Shown piece after piece: positions 16,957 through 27,529 of a DNA stretch of 47,699 nt. Both the position numbers and the translations under genes were made by a program. Positions within the stretch are counted from its first letter, which is position 1. The number at the start of each line of letters is the position of its first letter. The notes beneath the pieces were generated by a model that was not told where the DNA came from, ran no database searches, and saw only the letters and a list, made by a program, of their open reading frames with translations. Source of the stretch: a virus (lineage: Duplodnaviria > Caudoviricetes); IMG/VR virus record IMGVR_UViG_3300042299_000439, positions 1 through 47,699 of that record, one strand, 5' to 3'.

Positions 16957-19590
16957 TTACCAAAACAAGAGACATCGGAAGCATTCTTGAAACGACGCAC
17001 GGTTTAACCAAAGATATTTAAGTCCATCCTTGGTTGTAATGATCTCCATTCGATTACCAAGAATCGCTGTTGGTGCTGCATATGGGTACATTGAGCCACC
17101 ATTTACGTTCATGGTCGTCACGTTGAGCGACATTACCCGCTGCGTGGCATCTTTATGGTAGTAGATTCGGTCTGCACCGTCGTAGGCAGTCATCGTTCCC
17201 GTCGTGAGCGTTTCTGTGATTGGTGACGTAAATATCTGATTGACTCGATCTGTAACTAAGTCGTACCTATCGAAACCAACCGCAGCACCACCACGAGTGG
17301 CAAACATGTATCTTCCACGAGACGTTAGGTCACTCGTACCAAAAGCCCAATTCATCGAGACTCCTTGGTTCTTTTGTGCTTGCTCTAGAATCACATAGCC
17401 AGTGACCAATGTTGTTGGTGCTGTAATTGTTGGAATAGTAAGAGTATTTACAGTGTTAGAAGTGATGTTTACTTCCGCACTGAATCCCGTTGTTGTCAGG
17501 ATTCGCAACCTCTTACCAGCCCAAATATTGACAGCCCAAGTCTTGGTTGTATCTTGCAACGTAGTCGTCGATTGAGTTCCAGTTGCTACCCCAAAGTCAG
17601 CCGCACCGATTGCAGTTGAAGTCGAAATTGCATATCGACTAACACCGTTTGTTGGTGCCGTAGCTGTTGCCGCAAGAGTCAAAGTTGTTGCAGTATTCGA
17701 AGCAATTCGGAATGATTGCCCTGCCACAGACCCGGTTGCTGCTGTCACAGCCCCTGTATACATATAAACCGTTTGGTTTTGGAATTGGTTGGTACTCCAG
17801 TTCTTTGTTGCATCCACCAACACAGTTGTTGACTGGGACGAAACAATTGTTGTTGCTGCTGGAGTTCCAGCCATCGTGTAGGTGAACGTTGTAGCCGAGG
17901 GAACAGTTGCAATTGCCACGTTGGTGACGTTAAAGTTTGCATCTGTTGCTCCTCTCACTGTTACCAGTTGCCCTACCTTAAATTGGTGCGGGTGAGCCGT
18001 TGTAACCGTTGCCGTTGTCGTTGCATTGGCAAGCGTCGTAATTGCAACTGGTTCATGCCCTACCACTGTTGCTGCGGCATTTCTTGCAATACCGTAATCT
18101 TGCTGTCGTCCAAAGGTTGGCACTTGCGAATCGATGTTATGAATCGCTAATGCGTTCAATGAGCCAAGCTGGATGTAGAGCTTGTCAGGATCGCCTTGAA
18201 TCGTGAAAACAGACGTATTGTCTGGGGTCGTTGCCCAAGAGCCTACAATTGTTAATGCCGTAGCAGTGTTCGAAGCAATTGGCTTGTACTGCCCTGCTCC
18301 AGTTCCTGCCATAATCCGAACAACGTAGTTTTTCCAACGGTTTACTTCCCAGGATTTTGTCGAGTCGGTGATTGTTGTAGACGAACCGGAAGTTGCAATA
18401 CCAGCATCAAAGCTGAGAATCATATAACGGCTTGTTGCCGTTGGGTGTGGACTAATATGAGTAGTCCACGTTAAAGTGTTAGCAGTATTGCTGTCAATCT
18501 GACGAAGTTGTCCAGCACCCGTACCTGAGTAAATATAAACCCAATAATCTCTCCATTGGTTAATTTTCCAAGCTGCTCTATCAACACCAAGCGAAGAATC
18601 TACAAGTGTAGTATTTGTGCTGGTTGATGCCGCAATGCCTCGTTCCCAGATCGACGAGTTCTCGGTAGTTCGTTCGATATTGACATCGTTGCCTGCTGCT
18701 TGAAAAATACCCTGCATACAAGGCATGACGTACCAAGTATCGGTCAATTGGTCATACACCTGCATCGTAAAAAATGGAGTCGTCGTGCTGTTTGACACTA
18801 AGATAATTAAGCCTGACTGCACTCTAAAAACCGAAGTCGAATCTGGAGTAACAGTCCAAGCAGAATCCACAGTGACGACTTGTGATTCGATAGCATAGGC
18901 AGCTTGCGTACCCGCTGTAGCGTTGATTGCAGGATTGAAGATTGCTGGAGTATTCCAAGTCTTGTTCGTCTGAGTCGAATCGCCCATCACAGCGACGGTT
19001 GCTGTGTTGGATAGGATTCTTCTCATCTGACTAACACCAGCATTACCAGTGATTCGCAGTGTGTAGCCAGCGTATTGATTACCACCCCATGCTTTTAACG
19101 TATCGGTAATGCTTAAAGAACCAAGCGTATTCGATACGGCTGTCACCACACCACTATCATGAACAACGGGTTCAGCAACTCCAGTGATAGTCCTTCGTTG
19201 TCCAGCACCTGTTCCCGATACGATTACAACGTCATAGCCCTTGAGTGCCTGCATAGATACTGCTGGAATTTGCAGCGTAGTCGAAGTGGCTGCAATCACA
19301 CTTCCATCAATGCCTAGAGCTCCGCTAAACTTCATGGAGGAGAATGTAACGGGAGCAACTGGGGGTGTAGCCAATTGCATGTACATGTCCGTGTAAGTGT
19401 CGTACACAAAAAACTGCGTGGCTGAGATTAGGTAATAGATATACCTACCGTGTTGCGTCGGTAGAAAGTTCGGATTATCTGGATAGCACGTTGACGATAC
19501 CGCAGCCGATACCGCAGGAGCAAAACGGGTCCATTCCCACGTTGGTAAATCGACTTGCTGCGTTAATGTATTTTTATTGAGTGCTGGCAT
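16957..19590 (-). CDS. Large repetitive virion/adhesin-like protein
   Basis: 877 aa with repeated modules (TT.DxTKxW..NxW...V.I..GTGAGQ.R.I.SNTA..LT) and one FCCH-like module (ATVTTAHPHQFKVGQLVTVRGAT); DNA visibly higher in GC than the backbone. Confidence 0.7.
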   Translation of the reverse strand: MPALNKNTLTQQVDLPTWEWTRFAPAVSAAVSSTCYPDNPNFLPTQHGRYIYYLISATQFFVYDTYTDMYMQLATPPVAPVTFSSMKFSGALGIDGSVIAATSTTLQIPAVSMQALKGYDVVIVSGTGAGQRRTITGVAEPVVHDSGVVTAVSNTLGSLSITDTLKAWGGNQYAGYTLRITGNAGVSQMRRILSNTATVAVMGDSTQTNKTWNTPAIFNPAINATAGTQAAYAIESQVVTVDSAWTVTPDSTSVFRVQSGLIILVSNSTTTPFFTMQVYDQLTDTWYVMPCMQGIFQAAGNDVNIERTTENSSIWERGIAASTSTNTTLVDSSLGVDRAAWKINQWRDYWVYIYSGTGAGQLRQIDSNTANTLTWTTHISPHPTATSRYMILSFDAGIATSGSSTTITDSTKSWEVNRWKNYVVRIMAGTGAGQYKPIASNTATALTIVGSWATTPDNTSVFTIQGDPDKLYIQLGSLNALAIHNIDSQVPTFGRQQDYGIARNAAATVVGHEPVAITTLANATTTATVTTAHPHQFKVGQLVTVRGATDANFNVTNVAIATVPSATTFTYTMAGTPAATTIVSSQSTTVLVDATKNWSTNQFQNQTVYMYTGAVTAATGSVAGQSFRIASNTATTLTLAATATAPTNGVSRYAISTSTAIGAADFGVATGTQSTTTLQDTTKTWAVNIWAGKRLRILTTTGFSAEVNITSNTVNTLTIPTITAPTTLVTGYVILEQAQKNQGVSMNWAFGTSDLTSRGRYMFATRGGAAVGFDRYDLVTDRVNQIFTSPITETLTTGTMTAYDGADRIYYHKDATQRVMSLNVTTMNVNGGSMYPYAAPTAILGNRMEIITTKDGLKYLWLNRASFQECFRCLLFW

Positions 19591-19598
19591 GGTTTACC

Positions 19599-20057
19599 TT
19601 AGACGAATGATAATTGTGATCGGATTGAATTTGCGTAGGTGTTCTTGGCAATATTGATGTACATTTCCCGGTCCATACCGGCAAGTGCTGTTTGTGCTGC
19701 TACGGTGTTAACAGTGTTAAGTGTCCCAATGTTGGTCACGGTGCTTACTGTGGCGAGCACCAACGAGCCTGTAATCGCATCAATTGTTACCCGTTGACGT
19801 TGTTGCTGGTCAACGACCGCATTGCATTCAAGAATCTTGACGAGCCTAGACAACATGCGAATCAAATCATCAGACTGATTTGCAACGGTTGGTATTGGAT
19901 TGGATAGACTAACGTCTTGCACAGTAGTGGCATCGTCAGGACCAGATACCGTAGCCAGTCCAACGACTTGAACAAGGGCTGTTTCGCCGCTGTATGAGAC
20001 TTCTCTCGTTGCTACCCTCGCCCCACTTCCTGGGGTGTATCCTACGTTATCTGGCAT
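19599..20057 (-). CDS. Hypothetical virion-associated protein
   Basis: 152 aa, in a tightly spaced cassette with the 877-aa gene. Confidence 0.65.
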   Translation of the reverse strand: MPDNVGYTPGSGARVATREVSYSGETALVQVVGLATVSGPDDATTVQDVSLSNPIPTVANQSDDLIRMLSRLVKILECNAVVDQQQRQRVTIDAITGSLVLATVSTVTNIGTLNTVNTVAAQTALAGMDREMYINIAKNTYANSIRSQLSFV

Positions 20058-20097
20058 GTTATTGTGCTTCCGGTGGCATTAGAGTTGAAAGAATTAT

Positions 20098-20511
20098 TTA
20101 AGCGTTACCGTCTGTTAGGGTAAAACTATTGATAGTGAAAGATTGACCTGCTGTGAAAGATACAGAAGAGACGTTCATGTCTGAACCTGACACAGCTACG
20201 TCACCCTGGATAAAGCAAGTCGTACCGTCCTTTGTCGATTGCGAGTTGTAGACGCAGAAATGACCTGCCGTTCCTGTAGCATCGGCACTTAAATCTTGCC
20301 AAGTTCCTGCAATAGCTTTCGCACCTGATGCTGCCGCAGCCATCCAGTCCGATGGAAGGTTGATAGTCGCAAGTACTGTTCCGGTTCTTGCTGCTGCACA
20401 GTTTGCTGGAACAGTTCCACTTCTAATCTCTAACGAACACGATGATCCGTTTGTTAATTCGATTGCATCTAGTCTTGCGTTTCTTGTTGCTACATTAAAT
20501 TGAATTGCCAT
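20098..20511 (-). CDS. Putative virion structural protein
   Basis: Start reassigned to MAIQFNVATRNARLD (AAGGA SD); beta-rich, ADATGTAGHF motif of phage structural proteins. Confidence 0.7.
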   Translation of the reverse strand: MAIQFNVATRNARLDAIELTNGSSCSLEIRSGTVPANCAAARTGTVLATINLPSDWMAAAASGAKAIAGTWQDLSADATGTAGHFCVYNSQSTKDGTTCFIQGDVAVSGSDMNVSSVSFTAGQSFTINSFTLTDGNA

Positions 20512-20521
20512 TTGTTTTCCT

Positions 20522-20728
20522 TTATGGAGTGTACTGTAGATAAATGTCACCATCAGAACCACCTGAAGGTGCAGCCGTACCTGATGTTATGCGAGGAACA
20601 TTTAATGTACCTTGACCATCATTAATTGAAAGTGTGCCGGAGCTAACAATAAGTTTTGAAATTATACCTGAAGGGTTGCCATCAACTTCTTCTACAGTGA
20701 GTCTTTTTGGTATAAATACTACAGCCAT
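20522..20728 (-). CDS. Small fibre-associated protein
   Basis: 68 aa ending SGTAAPSGGSDGDIYLQY, a motif common in phage fibre proteins; GAGG SD. Confidence 0.65.
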   Translation of the reverse strand: MAVVFIPKRLTVEEVDGNPSGIISKLIVSSGTLSINDGQGTLNVPRITSGTAAPSGGSDGDIYLQYTP

Positions 20729-20750
20729 GATACCTCAATGTAAGGAAGGG

Positions 20751-20778
20751 AAAAACACAGGTTTTTAGGCCTGTGTTT
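20751..20778 (-). terminator. Intrinsic terminator candidate
   Basis: Minus strand AAACACAGG-CCTAAAAA-CCTGTGTTT followed by TT, downstream of the 20802 stop. Confidence 0.55.
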
Positions 20779-20801
20779 GTAAAATAAAAATCTTGGATAC
20801 T

Positions 20802-21482
20802 TTACTTAACTGGTGTGTTTGAACCAGAAGGTGGTACTGTTGAAGGAGTATCTGCTGCATCCTTCCCTGGAGTTCCCCAGAATCCTGGGGATGGTTCAGA
20901 GATTTGTGCTTCGTGCATATTCAACGGTGGGACAACAACACCGAGATGTTCGTGAGCAGGAATCGAAATTCCTGTGTTTGTCTCAGTACCATTCCCGATG
21001 TAGGTCGAAAGCAGTTCCTCGACGTACAGCATATGTTCTTCGAAGCGTGCAATGTCTCTGTCACCAATGCCGTATTGGAGTTTCGCAGAGTCACTGAACA
21101 ATACTTTTTGCATCAATGTTGCAAGAGCTGTGATAACTCTACGGCATTTGACGTTTGCTGTTCGAAGTTGTTCATTGTCTGTGATTGCAAGCACAGTCAA
21201 GAGCTTTTCTTGTGCTGCTGGAGCCAGGTTACGATACTTTTTAGCCAAATCCCATTCTAGCTTTGCACGTACCCAGTCAGAGTTGATGGCTTCACTGTCA
21301 GCAACAACCATCTGCCCAGTCGAGTTGTTCGAATCCATTTCAAGGATTGCCATTTGCAATCTAGAAATTACATAACAAAACTGTTGAAGGTGTTGGTTGT
21401 TTAATTGCCACTTATGTACAGCAATTTTTTCACCACCAATAACAACTTGTTCTTGTAGAGATAGTTCAGTAATCATTCCCAT
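20802..21482 (-). CDS. Hypothetical alpha-helical protein
   Basis: Start reassigned to MGMITEL (GAGGA SD); Pro-rich C-tail; followed by a terminator candidate. Confidence 0.7.
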   Translation of the reverse strand: MGMITELSLQEQVVIGGEKIAVHKWQLNNQHLQQFCYVISRLQMAILEMDSNNSTGQMVVADSEAINSDWVRAKLEWDLAKKYRNLAPAAQEKLLTVLAITDNEQLRTANVKCRRVITALATLMQKVLFSDSAKLQYGIGDRDIARFEEHMLYVEELLSTYIGNGTETNTGISIPAHEHLGVVVPPLNMHEAQISEPSPGFWGTPGKDAADTPSTVPPSGSNTPVK

Positions 21483-21558
21483 TTTTTCCTCTTTAATTAA
21501 TAACCACAAAATGTTTCGCACGTTACGAAACTAAATTTGTTTTTTTACTATTGTTCAG

Positions 21559-23118
21559 TTAGGCTTGTGTTGTTACTGCCGTCCATGTGGTTCCACCGTT
21601 GGTGTTGATGTACATTCGATTTGTTGTGCTACTTCCGTCAGTACGGATGTAGATTGAGCCTTGGCCTGCACTAGCGGTTGGAGCACCTGAACCCCAATAG
21701 ATTCCTACTGCTCCACCACTTCCTATGGCAAAGGCTTGAGCACCGCCAGCAACTGGAGCAACTACAGCCGTTCTAGCGTGCATTACAACATCAGTCTTAA
21801 CGGTCCCTCGGAGAATAGTTTCTGTTACAGATGAGTTACCGATCACAACTTGATTTGACGCTGTAGTAAAAGCCCCGTTGCCGATAGCTGTTGAGTTGAC
21901 AGCGCTTACTAACTGTGAAGCATTCGTGCCTGCTTCATTTCCTAAGAAAGTATTGTTCGTTCCGGTGGTAACAGTAGTTCCGCAAAGGTAACCAACACAG
22001 GTGTTGTAGCCCCCGGTCGTTAAGAGTCCCGCTGTATATCCTAGAGCTACGTTACCGATACCAGAGACGTTAGACTGAAGTGCTGAGTTTCCGATTGCTG
22101 TATTTCTCGCCCCTCCTGCGGTAAAGTAACCCGCTTGCCAACCGATAAATTCATTTTCGAATCCAGTCGTTAGGCTAAATCCAGCACTAACACCATAAGT
22201 TGAGTTTTTTGCGCCAGATACACTCATTGCCGAGCCAAGACCCATGATCTGGTTTGTGGCTACATTCCCGGCACCGTGACAATGAAGAGTGCCGAATATT
22301 TGTGCTCTAGTGTGTGACGCATTACCAATAACAATTGAGTTGTTGAGACCAGTTACGGCTTGTCTGCCAATCACGATTGAATTCGTGATATCGACGCCTT
22401 GGCCCGTGACTCCCGCAGCTTCGTCACCAATGAATACGTTGTTCGATCCGAGCTGATGAATCAGCCCTGCATTGCGACCAATCGCTACATTGCCCGATCC
22501 CGTCGTTTGGTTGTACAGAGCATTGTGACCGAATGCGGCATTGTTGCTTCCGGTTGCTGTCGCCAGAACTTCGTTACCAAATGCACAGTTCCTTGAGCCT
22601 GTGATCAAGCTGCCGAGGACACCTCGACCAAAGCCATTGTTGTATTCGCCAGTTGTTACAATGCCTAGAGCTACGTAGCCTACTGCCGTACTTCCTCCGG
22701 TTAAGCATTCTCGTAGAGCACTATCACCGACTGCGGTGTTGTTGCCAACACTGACAACCTTTTCCAAGGCATAGGATCCAACAGCCGTATTGCCGACGCC
22801 GCCTGTCATGTACCTGAGTGCGTACGATCCGATACCAACCGTGTCGTTGACTGTGGCGGCACTGTTCAAACACAAGTACCCAAAGCCCGTAGCCCCACCG
22901 GCGGCGTTGGTCGTGTTCCCGGCAAAACCAGCAAAGGTATTGAGAGATGCTGGAATGTGCTTGATGCCACTGCTGATGTTATCAAGTACTTGTTGTTTTT
23001 CACCGGTTGTCAACGTCTGTGTTGTATATGCTACTGCTGATACTGCTGCTTGCATAGCTGCTTTATTAGCAGACATCATAAATGTATCTACATCGTTTGA
23101 TACGGTTAGGTCTGGCAT
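21559..23118 (-). CDS. Tail-fibre-like protein with YadA/Hep-Hag-type beta-roll repeats
   Basis: Many ~14-aa repeats (NTAVGxxAL...TTG); C-terminal GSGAPTASAGQGSIYIRTDG...LYIN-like motif; GC-rich DNA. Confidence 0.75.
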   Translation of the reverse strand: MPDLTVSNDVDTFMMSANKAAMQAAVSAVAYTTQTLTTGEKQQVLDNISSGIKHIPASLNTFAGFAGNTTNAAGGATGFGYLCLNSAATVNDTVGIGSYALRYMTGGVGNTAVGSYALEKVVSVGNNTAVGDSALRECLTGGSTAVGYVALGIVTTGEYNNGFGRGVLGSLITGSRNCAFGNEVLATATGSNNAAFGHNALYNQTTGSGNVAIGRNAGLIHQLGSNNVFIGDEAAGVTGQGVDITNSIVIGRQAVTGLNNSIVIGNASHTRAQIFGTLHCHGAGNVATNQIMGLGSAMSVSGAKNSTYGVSAGFSLTTGFENEFIGWQAGYFTAGGARNTAIGNSALQSNVSGIGNVALGYTAGLLTTGGYNTCVGYLCGTTVTTGTNNTFLGNEAGTNASQLVSAVNSTAIGNGAFTTASNQVVIGNSSVTETILRGTVKTDVVMHARTAVVAPVAGGAQAFAIGSGGAVGIYWGSGAPTASAGQGSIYIRTDGSSTTNRMYINTNGGTTWTAVTTQA

Positions 23119-23119
23119 G

Positions 23120-23827
23120 TTAAACTCTTAAGTAAGTTCCAGTTGACGGTCGAATATAAGAATCTACTCCTCCTGGGCGGAGGAAACTGAACATTCCTAT
23201 GACTATACTAGCTATAGCAACGTATTCCATAATAGCTGGACCAAACATTACTACTGAATTATCAGATATTCTTCGTAGTGACCATTTTTTATTTGGTACG
23301 TCACTATACGTGATAGGTGGAATTGTTACTGTAACAGTATTTGTTACAGAAGACAATCCACTAATAGTTGTCATTTCACTATTATCAGCACGTTCAATGA
23401 CAAATCTCATTGTTGTTCCGTCAAAGTTTAATCCATCAGATCTTACAATAGTAACAACTTGTGTTCCATCATTGTAAAATACTAATCTATTTCTACCAGA
23501 AATACCATTAGGTGTAATGGTAAATGTTTGGGGAGAAATTGAAATAGCTGTTTGTTCAAGATTAGACCAGCTTTCGGAGATCTGTATTTGAGCTGATGTT
23601 TTTCTAATATACCAAGTACCTAATGGGTTGGCACTAACTACAACATAATCAGCATTTGGTAATGCTGCTATGTTAAATTGATAATGTCCTGGTCTATTGG
23701 TAACTTCACTTCCAGCAATGGGTGATCCATTTTCTGGGGATGTGTCAGGTGATGATAGGTCTGATGTTCTACTAAATAAATTTATAGTAGGACTCATTGA
23801 TGGTATCATTGGTAATACTAGAAACAT
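23120..23827 (-). CDS. Putative fibre adaptor/structural protein
   Basis: 235 aa, beta-rich, between the spike and fibre genes; AAGGA SD. Confidence 0.55.
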   Translation of the reverse strand: MFLVLPMIPSMSPTINLFSRTSDLSSPDTSPENGSPIAGSEVTNRPGHYQFNIAALPNADYVVVSANPLGTWYIRKTSAQIQISESWSNLEQTAISISPQTFTITPNGISGRNRLVFYNDGTQVVTIVRSDGLNFDGTTMRFVIERADNSEMTTISGLSSVTNTVTVTIPPITYSDVPNKKWSLRRISDNSVVMFGPAIMEYVAIASIVIGMFSFLRPGGVDSYIRPSTGTYLRV

Positions 23828-23920
23828 ATTAGTCCTTAAGTTTGTTTAATTACTTAGCTTGGTCTTCGGTCGCGATTGGTATTGTCTTGTGCATGGAAGT
23901 ACCTTTTGGCATGGGGGTCG

Positions 23921-26413
23921 TTAGTAAAGAGCATTGACTGTACCACCTGAATCTTTCCAGACTACTTTGTTTGCTGTCGTTGAAAAATAAAGCGTGCTAT
24001 TTGCTGCCGAAGCATCCGTAATGGACGCAAGCTGAACACCACCTTTCGGCTCGAAAACTAAATTGTGCTTTATTTCAGCTCCAAGCGTCCTTGTTGAACT
24101 TCCGGTATAAACGTACAGACCTAAATTACCTCTCGCCCCAAGTCCTCCAACAATTGGACCCAATCCAGGGCTCGCCAACTCATACGACCCAACGAAATCC
24201 CCATCTCCAAGATATATTTGAGATCCTCCGGTCTTTCGCATCACCAAGTCGTTTTGGGCAAACACTCGCCCTCCGATTTCCGTCAATCCTTGCCGAACGC
24301 CCCCGATTGTTTCAATCTTAGTGTTAGCCCCAATGCGTTGCAGAGGAGAAGTGATGTTGTTGTAGGCACCTTCGTACACGTTGTTTGTTATGACGTTATC
24401 GAACCAGCCAGTCTCACACCAAGTAGCACAACCCAAAACCGTGTTTCCAATCAATGGCCCAGCAATTAACGTCGGAGTTGTTCCAGTATCAACACCCTGG
24501 ACGTAAACTCCAATCGCATTCGTTGCCGAGGACGCAATAACGGTGTTTCCAACAATTTGTGCACCAGATATCCGAGAAAGAATTCCTCTCCTGGTTCCTG
24601 CCATTGTCGGGATAACAATCAAGTTGCCTCGCATTGCGAACGCTGTCGGAGTAGGTGTTAGTTCTGATCCCTGCGATGTTTCGATTCCAGTTGAGAAACC
24701 TTCAATTCTATTATTATCTGCGTTGAATCGTGGCTGAAAACCAGTGTATGCAAGAACAAAAACACCATGCGTTAAAGCTGCGGCTGTTGGCGCTTCGTTT
24801 ACCATTGCGTTGTCTGAAAACTGCACTTCTCCACTTAACAAAACTCCATAGTTTTCTCCGATGGAATCAATTTCTCCAGCAGTCATCCGTGTTTGATAGT
24901 TAGAAGTCCATCTAAAGCTGTTTGCCGTTATGATGGCATCTTTATTTCCGACACAACGAATCGACGTATTCAAAAAAGAATTATTTGAAATTACGAGCCC
25001 TGTGTTTAGGTGCACGTCTCCGACACCACCCGTGATTATGTTACCAGCGTTTATAAACGTGTTGCCGATTACCTTTGGTGCTTCGTCTGCTGTTGTCCTG
25101 AAAATATCGGCAAAGATTCCTCGCGCACCTTCGACACGACAACCCAAAAGAAAAATTCCTGGAGTTTGATGAGAAAAAATGTAGCCAAAATTTAAATCCT
25201 CTAGCCTACAGTTTTCAATCCTTACGTCTTTGGTTGAAGCTGATTGTGTATAAAAACCGACATAGGTTCCGTGACCGTTTTCCGCTGCCGAAGAAATGCA
25301 AACATTTTTTGCAAAACACCCTTTTATCGAGACACCTATAGCGCTATTTTCGGTTGCTGCGGAACCGTGTACACAGGCACCGTATACGTCTCTCCATTCG
25401 CAGTTGTTAAACCAAGCCTTACCCGCAACTGTCACAACGTCAGAAGGCATGTCGATAAATTTACATTTATCGAAAATCATACCCTGCATGTAGCCAGAGA
25501 CGATTGAACAGTTATTGAGCGTCCAACTATGCGATTGGTTGTTCTGCGTGTTGTTTCCGTTAAACGTCACGTGGTCACAAACAACATCGGTATCGTTTAC
25601 GACCGTAGCTGTTTCTGAGCACGCAAACTGCAAGCAAGTTTCAAAAACGCTTGCACCCGATGCCATCGTGTATAAAGTCGCTCGGCTGAGTGTTATCACA
25701 TTGCCGGTGATATTGGTAATGGTAAACGAACCACTGTCTCGCGTTGCTGTGTCTTGGTAGCCCAAACCCGTCGCTATTTGAATTTCCATGCCGATGCGAA
25801 AGGATGCCGAACTTGTCACTGTAATTGTAGTCGCACCAGCATTTGCTTGAGCCGCAAGCGTACTCTGTGCGAGCTGAATCCGTTTAATAGTCCCTCCTAT
25901 TAACTTTGTGCCAGGATTGACAGTTACTTGTTTTCCGAAATAGGTTTTTTTGTTTTGTAGTCGAATCGTCCCACCGCTCGGCAATTTTGATGCTGCTGTG
26001 CTAATTGCGTCTGTATCGTTTCTAAGTCCGTTTGACCCAACTCTAAAAAATTCAGGAAATACGTTTACATTATCCCATTGCCTAACGTACTTAGCTCCAC
26101 CGTTGTTTGCGATAACTACTCCACCGTCTACGGTTGCGGAATCGTCGCGAACAAATAAACCACCGATCCACTGCCTAGACACCCCGCGAAGCTCTGCGTC
26201 AACTGTCGTATTGTTTGGAACGATGTATGTTCCGTTAGATATGTAAACCGAGTCTACGGAATCGGCTGTAAGAAAATCGGAGAAAGTTCGATAACGAGCA
26301 TCCACGACCACCGCCCCACTGCTATTCATCGCTAATAGCTGTGTCGATGCCGGTGTTGCTAGGTTTGCTAAGGATTGTAATTTTGGGTTATATGGTTGTG
26401 GTGCGAGTCCCAT
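23921..26413 (-). CDS. Tailspike/depolymerase-like protein (right-handed parallel beta-helix)
   Basis: DGGVVIA...VRQ...PEFF...NDTDAI pectin-lyase-type tailspike start, followed by repeated I..N.F beta-helix rungs. Confidence 0.8.
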   Translation of the reverse strand: MGLAPQPYNPKLQSLANLATPASTQLLAMNSSGAVVVDARYRTFSDFLTADSVDSVYISNGTYIVPNNTTVDAELRGVSRQWIGGLFVRDDSATVDGGVVIANNGGAKYVRQWDNVNVFPEFFRVGSNGLRNDTDAISTAASKLPSGGTIRLQNKKTYFGKQVTVNPGTKLIGGTIKRIQLAQSTLAAQANAGATTITVTSSASFRIGMEIQIATGLGYQDTATRDSGSFTITNITGNVITLSRATLYTMASGASVFETCLQFACSETATVVNDTDVVCDHVTFNGNNTQNNQSHSWTLNNCSIVSGYMQGMIFDKCKFIDMPSDVVTVAGKAWFNNCEWRDVYGACVHGSAATENSAIGVSIKGCFAKNVCISSAAENGHGTYVGFYTQSASTKDVRIENCRLEDLNFGYIFSHQTPGIFLLGCRVEGARGIFADIFRTTADEAPKVIGNTFINAGNIITGGVGDVHLNTGLVISNNSFLNTSIRCVGNKDAIITANSFRWTSNYQTRMTAGEIDSIGENYGVLLSGEVQFSDNAMVNEAPTAAALTHGVFVLAYTGFQPRFNADNNRIEGFSTGIETSQGSELTPTPTAFAMRGNLIVIPTMAGTRRGILSRISGAQIVGNTVIASSATNAIGVYVQGVDTGTTPTLIAGPLIGNTVLGCATWCETGWFDNVITNNVYEGAYNNITSPLQRIGANTKIETIGGVRQGLTEIGGRVFAQNDLVMRKTGGSQIYLGDGDFVGSYELASPGLGPIVGGLGARGNLGLYVYTGSSTRTLGAEIKHNLVFEPKGGVQLASITDASAANSTLYFSTTANKVVWKDSGGTVNALY

Positions 26414-26820
26414 TATTGTTTCCTAATAGCATTAATTTCTAATTGAAGATGTGCAATTTTTTCATCTTGTTTTATTGATTGTGTATAAAGTTCTAATCGT
26501 TCTTTATCACATCTTTCTGCATGAAGTGCCATATTTTTTATTTGAGCATCCATTGATGCTATTAATAAACCATATTGCTGTTTCATATCGTCTATTGCTG
26601 ATCTATTTTTATTTTCCATAGCTTTGTATAGAAAAGCAACAGCAGTAGCTAGTGTACTAATAACAACTAATACACCCCATAAAACCCAAGTTAAAAGATT
26701 ACTTCCATCAGGAGGATGAGCAATAGTTTGAGCAATCAAAGATGAATCAGAATAGATTGGATTCCAATCTTTATAAAGTTTTGACCAAAGCTTTAAGTAA
26801 TTCCACATAAGTTGCCGCAT
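26413..26820 (-). CDS. Membrane protein with coiled coil (holin/antiholin-like)
   Basis: One TM segment (LLTWVLWGVLVVISTLATAVAFLY) followed by a coiled coil. Confidence 0.55.
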   Translation of the reverse strand: MRQLMWNYLKLWSKLYKDWNPIYSDSSLIAQTIAHPPDGSNLLTWVLWGVLVVISTLATAVAFLYKAMENKNRSAIDDMKQQYGLLIASMDAQIKNMALHAERCDKERLELYTQSIKQDEKIAHLQLEINAIRKQ

Positions 26821-27529
26821 CTTTCAGATTTAGATTGACTATAGCAGCGTCGATAGGTTCAACCCAAAGTTGTCCCCATTCTTTTTTTAAACTTTCACCT
26901 TTTCTAGCAAGAAAAGTAGAAACAGTTAATCGAATTGTTTCTGTTCGAAGTTCTGCTAAAGTCTTATTTGCTGATTCTTGAATTAATAAACTTAAAGCTA
27001 ATTTTAAATTAGCTGCCGTAGGTGGATCATTTAATTTTAATAATCCTTCTTTGGATATATTAACTATTTTATCAAAAGAAGGAGTATTAGAAATCGGCGC
27101 TGGATTTGGAATCTGAGAAAACGTAACAATCACATCGTGATATGTAACATCAATGTCTGCTAATTTATTTGCAGCTACCAACCCGAACGAATATTTTCCT
27201 GGGGTTGGGATTGAGAAGAATATATTGTTGTTACAGCTTGCTGATGTTTGAATTAGTTCAGGTGGTATTAACCATTTAAAGTTATCTCCTGTAGCTTCTT
27301 CTGCTGATAAGAAAAGTAAAGTACCAACCATTACAGTTGATGGTCCTTTAATCTTTGCTTTGGCAGGAGTAATAGGAGCCGGAGATTCCTGGGCGTAGGT
27401 AACTGTATCTATAGTTGTTGGTGAATTATATGCTTGGTAAAATATTATAGTAGATAATACACACAAGCATGGTAAAAATGTTTGACGGATAATATTCACA
27501 ATGCACCTATTCTGAAATTTTCTTTTCAA
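26771..27529 (-). CDS. Membrane-anchored/secreted protein (Ig/PKD-like plus helical domain)
   Basis: N-terminal signal/TM segment, IKGPS...FKW...PGKYSFGLVA beta-sandwich, Pro-rich linker. Confidence 0.55.
   Translation of the reverse strand: MKRKFQNRCIVNIIRQTFLPCLCVLSTIIFYQAYNSPTTIDTVTYAQESPAPITPAKAKIKGPSTVMVGTLLFLSAEEATGDNFKWLIPPELIQTSASCNNNIFFSIPTPGKYSFGLVAANKLADIDVTYHDVIVTFSQIPNPAPISNTPSFDKIVNISKEGLLKLNDPPTAANLKLALSLLIQESANKTLAELRTETIRLTVSTFLARKGESLKKEWGQLWVEPIDAAIVNLNLKDAATYVELLKALVKTL

Noticed and set aside
23843-23912. Short ORF MPKGTSMHKTIPIATEDQAK after the tailspike
   Set aside because: Only 20 codons with no SD; at most a remnant from the spike donor.
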